From Epithemia pelagica (taxonomy: Eukaryota > Protista > Bacillariophyta): a stretch of DNA of 64,000 bases. The notes under the pieces were generated by a model that saw only the letters and a list, made by a program, of their open reading frames with translations, had not been told where the DNA came from and did not search any database. Position 1 is the stretch's first letter. Each line of letters starts with the position of its first letter. A program made the translations under genes and the position numbers. The stretch covers positions 6,076,001 to 6,140,000 of the forward strand of contig OX337229.1 of NCBI GenBank assembly GCA_946965045.2, read 5' to 3'. This document shows positions 57,876 to 64,000 of the stretch, in pieces.

Positions 57876-60281
57876 ATGAGTGCAGCATCCTCATTGGACC
57901 ATTCACCACAAACAGAAAAAGAAGGAGCAGAAGCAGTACGAAACGACGAGGAGATGACAACCACCACAAACAATAATGGTGAACCAAGCAACACTGCGGC
58001 TACCAACACCACCCTGGTTCCTCCGTTGGCCTCTCACCAAATTACTCACCAAGACTTGGCCACCTGTTGTCGTGTGCTACATGCTGTGGCCAGTTTGAAT
58101 CGACACTCCAAGCCAACGTACCAGAGCCAGAGAAAACGCAATAAAAAGAAGCGACCACGAGACCCAACCTCGAACCATGAGCAAGACGATGCACCAAAGC
58201 AGGAGGACCAAAAGGACCAGGACCAAAACGACGACAACAAGAACGATGATGAGGATGACGGCCTCGCCTTGTACCAGACACCTGTATTGCGTCCCTTGCG
58301 CAAGGCCTTGGCGGGTTGTTTGGAATTGCACAAACGAACCATGTTTCACGGCCAGGAGGAAGAAGACCATTATCGACATCGTCAGGAATTACGGAGTTTG
58401 AAACGACAAAAGGTGGCCGAACAAGCCTTGCAACAACAATACTTGGCCGCCACACAATTGCGTCAGGGTCGCGTCGCCAAATTACGGCACTTGCAAACCG
58501 AGGCACAAGACCACGAACAAGCCCACTTTGCCGCTGCGGCCGCGGCACTCTTGATTCCCGATGGACCCGTCGAAACTAGTGTCCAGAATACTACCAAGGC
58601 TCCGTTGTTGTTGACCGAAGGACCACAAACAGCTCAACAAACGCCCGTCGAATCCGACGACACCCACGAACCACAGGATTCGACAACCAACAACACCACC
58701 ACAAATACTACAACAAGCACTCCCCCACCACGATTGTTGCCCAAATTACGATCCTGCTACGTGTGCAAGGTTCGGTATCGGGAATTGCATTCCTTTTACG
58801 ATCAATTGTGTCCCTCCTGTGCCGCTCTCAATTGGCACAAGCGCCATCAAACGGCAGATTTGCACGGCAAGATTGCCGTCGTGACGGGGGCTCGGGTCAA
58901 GATTGGCTTTCACGTGTGTTTGAAATTGTTGCGGGCCGGTGCGCATGTCGTGGCCACGACGCGGTTTCCGCATGCCGCCGTGGCGGCCTATCGCAAGGAA
59001 TGCGATTTTGAAACCTTTTATCCTCGATTGCAAGTCGTGGGCTTGGATTTGCGCGATGTCACGGGCCTCGAAGCCTTGACGCGCTTCTTGACGCACAAAT
59101 TCCCCACGGGTATTGACATGGTCATTAACAATGCCTGTCAAACCGTCCGACGACCCGTGGCCTATTATACACCCTTGGTCCAACAAGAACAAGAACTCTT
59201 TCAACAAGCCGATGCCGTTCATCATTCCGTCTTGAAGGCTTGTCGAGAATTGGAACAGGTCCGCCAGGATTTGTTGCAGCACGAACAACAACAAGAACAA
59301 CCATCCAATGGTGGTCCCACCACTATCCGCATGACGACACCGCAACTTACTTCGGCATCATCGTCGTCGTCGTCCCATGCGACGACGAGTCCAAAGAGAC
59401 CGGCCATGCTAGCATCATCCACCACATTATCCGAATCGGATCCTCCAACGGACACAACAAACCAGAATAATCCACCCATGCTCGAGGAAGCCGAGTCCAC
59501 AACAACCACCGTTGTCGTTCCATCGAAAAGTGTTTCCAAAAACAAGAATGGTTCATTATCGACAACCAGCAGCAGGACTCACTTTGAAACAACGGGCCTT
59601 TCCCATTCGGCGGCCATGTCCCAACTGGTGCTGCTTCCCGAAGATGCCGGTGTCTCGAACGATATTTTGGCCGCTCCCGTTGGTAGTGGTGTTACGGATA
59701 TCAATGGTCATGCCTTGGATTTGCGAACCAGGAATTCCTGGACGAGTAAATTGGATCAAGTGTCGACCCCCGAAGTCGTCGAATGCATGTTTGTCAATGC
59801 CATTGCTCCCTTTGTCCTCAATGCTCGATTGCAACCCTTGTTGACGACCCCACCCAACAAGGACGATCGTCCCAATCGATACATTATCAATGTGTCGGCC
59901 ATGGAAGGCAAATTTTATCGGTACAAAATGCCCAATCATCCCCATACCAACATGGCCAAGGCGGCCTTGAACATGATGACGCGGACCTCGGCCGAGGATT
60001 TGGCGGTCCACCACAAGATTTACATGAATTCGGTCGATACCGGGTGGATCAATGATGAAAATCCCTTGGCCAAGGCCAAGAAAACGGCCGAAACCAACTT
60101 GTTTCAAACGCCCATTGACGAAGTGGATGCCGCTGCTCGCATTTTGGATCCCATTTTTGTCGCCGTGCTGGCCGAACAACAACCACAACAACAACCGGCA
60201 GAATCGAACGAAACCCAGGAGGTACCACCAACTCCTCTCTATGGCAAATTTCTCAAGGATTATCATGAAACCGAGTGGTAA
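57876..60281 (+). CDS. Short-chain dehydrogenase/reductase with N-terminal Cys4 finger
   Basis: CYVCK...LCPSC, VVTGARVKIG, INNACQT, INVSAMEG, HPHTNMAKAALNM. Confidence 0.88.
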   Translation: MSAASSLDHSPQTEKEGAEAVRNDEEMTTTTNNNGEPSNTAATNTTLVPPLASHQITHQDLATCCRVLHAVASLNRHSKPTYQSQRKRNKKKRPRDPTSNHEQDDAPKQEDQKDQDQNDDNKNDDEDDGLALYQTPVLRPLRKALAGCLELHKRTMFHGQEEEDHYRHRQELRSLKRQKVAEQALQQQYLAATQLRQGRVAKLRHLQTEAQDHEQAHFAAAAAALLIPDGPVETSVQNTTKAPLLLTEGPQTAQQTPVESDDTHEPQDSTTNNTTTNTTTSTPPPRLLPKLRSCYVCKVRYRELHSFYDQLCPSCAALNWHKRHQTADLHGKIAVVTGARVKIGFHVCLKLLRAGAHVVATTRFPHAAVAAYRKECDFETFYPRLQVVGLDLRDVTGLEALTRFLTHKFPTGIDMVINNACQTVRRPVAYYTPLVQQEQELFQQADAVHHSVLKACRELEQVRQDLLQHEQQQEQPSNGGPTTIRMTTPQLTSASSSSSSHATTSPKRPAMLASSTTLSESDPPTDTTNQNNPPMLEEAESTTTTVVVPSKSVSKNKNGSLSTTSSRTHFETTGLSHSAAMSQLVLLPEDAGVSNDILAAPVGSGVTDINGHALDLRTRNSWTSKLDQVSTPEVVECMFVNAIAPFVLNARLQPLLTTPPNKDDRPNRYIINVSAMEGKFYRYKMPNHPHTNMAKAALNMMTRTSAEDLAVHHKIYMNSVDTGWINDENPLAKAKKTAETNLFQTPIDEVDAAARILDPIFVAVLAEQQPQQQPAESNETQEVPPTPLYGKFLKDYHETEW

Positions 60282-60348
60282 CTCTAATACTGCATCCTAT
60301 TCTAGAGGCTTTTATAGCATGTGTAGCATTCCTATGATGGTCCGTATG

Positions 60349-61686
60349 TTATCGTTCCGCCGTCCAGGTGGGGACAATTTTTCCCACCAAGTCACGATTG
60401 GTGAGGGCATTGACGGCCGCTCGGGCCGCATCTCGTCGGTTAATCATGCGCAACAGTGGTCGTTTGTTCTGCTTGTCCTTGTCCTTGTCGTCCAAGGATT
60501 CTCCATCGTCCATCAGGTCCATGCAAATTGGCAAGTCTTCTTGGACAAAATTATCTTCGTACCGGCCCATTTGCAAAACGACAGACTCCAAACTGGGAAA
60601 GTCTTGCAACAAGAGTTCTTCGCCGCGTCGTTTAATGCCGACAAAGGATCCAAAGGGAGTTTCAAAATCCTCCAAGGCATTGGGGTCGGTCGAAACCAAG
60701 ACGACTTGAAGTGGACCCGTCTTCTTGTGGTTGTTTTGGTTGACAGTCGTTGTACTACTACTACCACCCACAGTCATTTGTTGTCGTCGTTGTTGTTGCA
60801 CTTGTTCTTGTTGGTATCGATAGAGGGCGCCCAACATGTTTTCCAAGCCTTCGACTTCGACGCGGCCCTTGTCGGGGACCGTCACGGCGCGAAATAAAAA
60901 TGCGAGATTGAGACCGGAAATGGCCCGCGGTTGATTGCCATGAAAGTCGGTCGCACACCAAATCACGGCATTGCAACCCGCATCGTCCACGACGGATTGA
61001 CATGAGACGGGATCCAACAATTCGCATTCGACGACGCGCAAATTTTGCAAATTGTATCCCGCCATGCTTTCTTGCCACGTGAACGTGGCGCGTCGTCCAT
61101 TGTCTTCAGCGGACCAAATGGGACCCAGTTGACCGACACCATCTTCGGCACCCACTTCGTACGACAAGCGTCCATAGCCTCGCGTCGAGGCTTCCCCGAC
61201 GACATGAACGACGGCCACGACTTGGGTCTGGGGATGATTTCGCAACAAGTAGCGACACACCATGCTGCCCAAACGACCATTGGCACCCGTGACCAAAACG
61301 CGTTTGCCATCCAAGGATGGCAGTGTGCTACTGCTGGTACTGTCGGCATTCTCCTCCTTGTCGGGTTGTTGTTGTTGTGGTTGTCGTTGTTGTCGTGATT
61401 CGCCCAAGGCGGCTTCCATGTCCCGAATTTCTTGTCGCATACGTTCGGCTTGTTGTTGCAATCGATCCGCTTCCGTTTGTTTGTTGTGGTTGTTGTCGTC
61501 CTTTGTGGCGTCGTCGTCGGCTGCTGCCATCAATGCCAAGACAGTAGAGGATTGTTGTGGTTGTTGTTGCTGGGAATGAAGGATGGAGCATGCGGGTAAT
61601 GGCACGACGGAAAATCCTTGACAAGTCCCCACCAGAGCCAACAACAACAGTAGGTGAGAGATGCATAACCAACAAAAGGGAACCAT
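60349..61686 (-). CDS. Plastid-targeted NAD(P)-binding Rossmann-fold protein (NmrA/NAD_binding_10-like)
   Basis: Signal peptide ending CQG|F, VLVTGANGRLG, INRRDAARAAV. Alternative ATG at 61725. Confidence 0.82.
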   Translation of the reverse strand: MVPFCWLCISHLLLLLALVGTCQGFSVVPLPACSILHSQQQQPQQSSTVLALMAAADDDATKDDNNHNKQTEADRLQQQAERMRQEIRDMEAALGESRQQRQPQQQQPDKEENADSTSSSTLPSLDGKRVLVTGANGRLGSMVCRYLLRNHPQTQVVAVVHVVGEASTRGYGRLSYEVGAEDGVGQLGPIWSAEDNGRRATFTWQESMAGYNLQNLRVVECELLDPVSCQSVVDDAGCNAVIWCATDFHGNQPRAISGLNLAFLFRAVTVPDKGRVEVEGLENMLGALYRYQQEQVQQQRRQQMTVGGSSSTTTVNQNNHKKTGPLQVVLVSTDPNALEDFETPFGSFVGIKRRGEELLLQDFPSLESVVLQMGRYEDNFVQEDLPICMDLMDDGESLDDKDKDKQNKRPLLRMINRRDAARAAVNALTNRDLVGKIVPTWTAER

Positions 61687-62009
61687 CCTGGAGGATGAGA
61701 CACGAGATGCCCTCAGGATCGTCATGGTGGATGGGATGACAAAATCTTTTCTTTGAGAGAAACGAAAAAGTTTTTGTGAGACAAGGATGACGTGGCCAAC
61801 GAAGAGAAACAAGGGCCCCCCTTTTTATATGGCATCGTCCCCCCCTCTCATCTCATGGAGATGGACAGACGGACCGGCTTCTCTGGTTGGTCCTGGTCCC
61901 GGCAGATGGTCCTGCCGCATGCCGTGCACTCGGAAGTCGGATTCTTCTCATCTCCACAGCACCATGGCAAATGACAACGATGACAATGTCAGCAACCACA
62001 GCCATTCGA

Positions 62010-64000
62010 ATGCAAAGCAAAATGATTCGCCGTGGTGCTCCATTCTTCTTCTTCGTTCGTCGGCCACCGAGTCCTATTGCTGCGGCGGCACGGTTCCATC
62101 AGGGGAGAAGAAAAAGAACCTGTCCAATTTCTTCTTTTTCTTCCTCTTCTTTGTTGCCATACCAACCACAGCCACAAGCTGCGTCCTTCTCCTTTGGTTC
62201 CTCCTTACCATGCTTCTCGTCGTCGTTACGTGCCTTTCACAGCACTGCTCGCACAAAGAACAATGCGGAATCAACACCATTCGCACACCGTGGTCGTCGT
62301 TCCTCACAGGATCTTCTTCCCACCGAGGCACAGGTCGTAATTGTGGGTGGTGGTGTGATTGGCACCTCCGTGGCCTATCATTTGGCGCAATTGGGCGTGA
62401 CCAATGTCGTACTCTTGGAACAAGGGGAGTTGACCAGTGGCACGACGTGGCATGCGGCTGGATTAATGAATTCCTTTGGCAGCACGAGTCATACCAGTAC
62501 GTGGATGCGACAATATACCCAAGACTTGTATCGCCATGTCTTGCCGCAAGAAACGGGCCTCGAAACGGGCTATCAAGACAGTGGCTTTTTGGAATTGGCC
62601 AGTGACGAGCATCGCTTGGAACACTATCGTCGGATTGCCGCCGTCAATCGGTATTGGGGAGTCGATGTGCAAGAATTGACACCGACTCAAGTCCAAGACC
62701 AGGTCCCCTTGCTCGATACCTCGTCCATATTGGCAGGCTTTTTTGTCGCCTCGGATGGACGGGCCAATCCTACCGATGTCACGCGAGCCTTGGCCAAGGG
62801 TGCCACACAACGGGGTCATGTCACAATTGTCGAACACTGTCCGGTCGTGGGCATTGCCACGGCACCGCCCGTACCTGGTCAAGTGGTGCCACAGGTCTCG
62901 GGTGTCCAAGTGGACCTGAGGGGTACTACTAATAGTAAACGTAGTACGTCAAACGGCGACGACGACAAGGAGGCCATTCACGTGATTCAAACACGCAAGG
63001 TGGTGAATTGTACCGGCATGTGGGCGCGACAATTTGGTGAGGCCTGTGGTGTCATGCGATTGCCCAATCAAGCCGCCGAACATTATTACCTCATTACGGA
63101 AGCCTTGAACGACGACGACCATGTGGATGTTTCGTCCTGGCCCGTGGTGGAAGATTCCAGTCGATGCACGTACATTCGTCCGGAAGGCAAGGGCTTGTTG
63201 CTCGGCTTGTTTGAAACGCACGGTGCCGTACCACCCACGTGGAAACAACAAACCCAGGGTGCCGTGCCGCACGACTTTCCCGAATATGGGCAATTGGAAC
63301 CCGATTGGGATCGCATGACACCCTATTTGGAACGAGCTCTGGAATTGTTACCCTCTCTCCAACATTCGGTGGGGATCAAGACCTTGTTTTGTGGTCCCGA
63401 ATCCTTTACCCCCGATGGTTGTCCCATGGTCGGTGAGTCGCCCGAACTCGCTGGATACTTTGTCGGTGCCGGATTAAATTCCTTGGGAATCTTGACGGGT
63501 GGTGGCTTGGGCAAGATATTGGCCGACTGGGTCGCCACCGGTCATGCGCCCGATACGGTTGATGTCACGGGGATTCATGTCAATCGCTTTCACGCCCCTC
63601 AATCCAATCCCCAGTATCGACAGGATCGAATCGAGGAGGTGCTCGGTCATACCTATCATGTGCATTTTCCCGATCTGCAATTCACCACGGGTCGCAACGT
63701 GAAACAAACCGTCTTGCACGAGAACTTGAAGCAAGCCGGAGCCTGTTTTCGCAACGTCAGTGGTTGGGAATCTCCGGCGTGGTATCATGCTCCTACACCA
63801 AAAGACAGTTCTCTATCATCATCCTCACCACCACCACCCATGGCCACCACGTTTGGTCGCGAAGCTTGGTTTGACCATTGGGCCGCCGAGCATTTTGCGT
63901 GTCGCAACGGCGTGGCCCTCTTTGACATGACTTTCATGAGTAAATGGTTGGTTCAAGGCCGGGATGCCGGATCCTTTTTGAATTGGTTGTCCACTGCCAA
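62010..64000 (+). CDS. Dimethylglycine/sarcosine dehydrogenase-like FAD oxidoreductase (GcvT family), truncated by the window end
   Basis: Frame from ATG 62010, absent from the track because it has no stop in the window. Mitochondrial-like presequence, VVIVGGGVIGTSVAYHL, TSGTTWHAAGL, GPESFTPDG, VALFDMTFMSK. Confidence 0.92.
   Translation, partial: MQSKMIRRGAPFFFFVRRPPSPIAAAARFHQGRRKRTCPISSFSSSSLLPYQPQPQAASFSFGSSLPCFSSSLRAFHSTARTKNNAESTPFAHRGRRSSQDLLPTEAQVVIVGGGVIGTSVAYHLAQLGVTNVVLLEQGELTSGTTWHAAGLMNSFGSTSHTSTWMRQYTQDLYRHVLPQETGLETGYQDSGFLELASDEHRLEHYRRIAAVNRYWGVDVQELTPTQVQDQVPLLDTSSILAGFFVASDGRANPTDVTRALAKGATQRGHVTIVEHCPVVGIATAPPVPGQVVPQVSGVQVDLRGTTNSKRSTSNGDDDKEAIHVIQTRKVVNCTGMWARQFGEACGVMRLPNQAAEHYYLITEALNDDDHVDVSSWPVVEDSSRCTYIRPEGKGLLLGLFETHGAVPPTWKQQTQGAVPHDFPEYGQLEPDWDRMTPYLERALELLPSLQHSVGIKTLFCGPESFTPDGCPMVGESPELAGYFVGAGLNSLGILTGGGLGKILADWVATGHAPDTVDVTGIHVNRFHAPQSNPQYRQDRIEEVLGHTYHVHFPDLQFTTGRNVKQTVLHENLKQAGACFRNVSGWESPAWYHAPTPKDSSLSSSSPPPPMATTFGREAWFDHWAAEHFACRNGVALFDMTFMSKWLVQGRDAGSFLNWLSTA

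Noticed and set aside
26900-64000. DNA-repair gene cluster (CPF1, RAD5, DinB-like)
   Set aside because: Genes are 20-30 kb apart among unrelated loci, and DinB-superfamily proteins are not Pol IV.

Overview
Eukaryotic DNA, most likely a diatom (spliceosomal GT-AG introns; nuclear genes with bipartite signal+transit peptides; CPF1-type photolyase; LtrA-like and OCD genes). The window has two parts. (1) 1-~26.4 kb is a repeat/mobile domain: at least 62 copies of an indel-free 176-bp satellite with nested higher-order repeats (HORs), whose last degenerate copy overlaps the stop codon of a Helitron Rep-helicase. The Rep-helicase (DUF6570-like, HUH Rep, PIF1 helicase) is broken by one frameshift and one in-frame TGA. 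Next come two orphan ORFs, a modular repeat block with 10 iteron-like cores, a palindrome cluster, a 265-bp MITE with a 10-bp target-site duplication (TSD), and a Crinkler-type NTPase + PD-(D/E)XK nuclease gene with a mitochondrial-like presequence, disabled by a nonsense codon and a 533-bp duplication. (2) ~26.9-64 kb is gene-dense host chromosome: CPF1-like photolyase, SAM methyltransferase, SDA1, LtrA-like protein, SGNH hydrolase, malate synthase, ispF, bZIP, Nnf1-like, RAD5-like, arrestin-domain protein, OCD, DinB-like, SDR, plastid Rossmann-fold protein and a truncated dimethylglycine/sarcosine dehydrogenase. The best candidate for a new system is the Helitron-seeded satellite array with its accessory region and neighbouring nuclease effector. 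All family calls come from motif recognition by eye; no searches were run.
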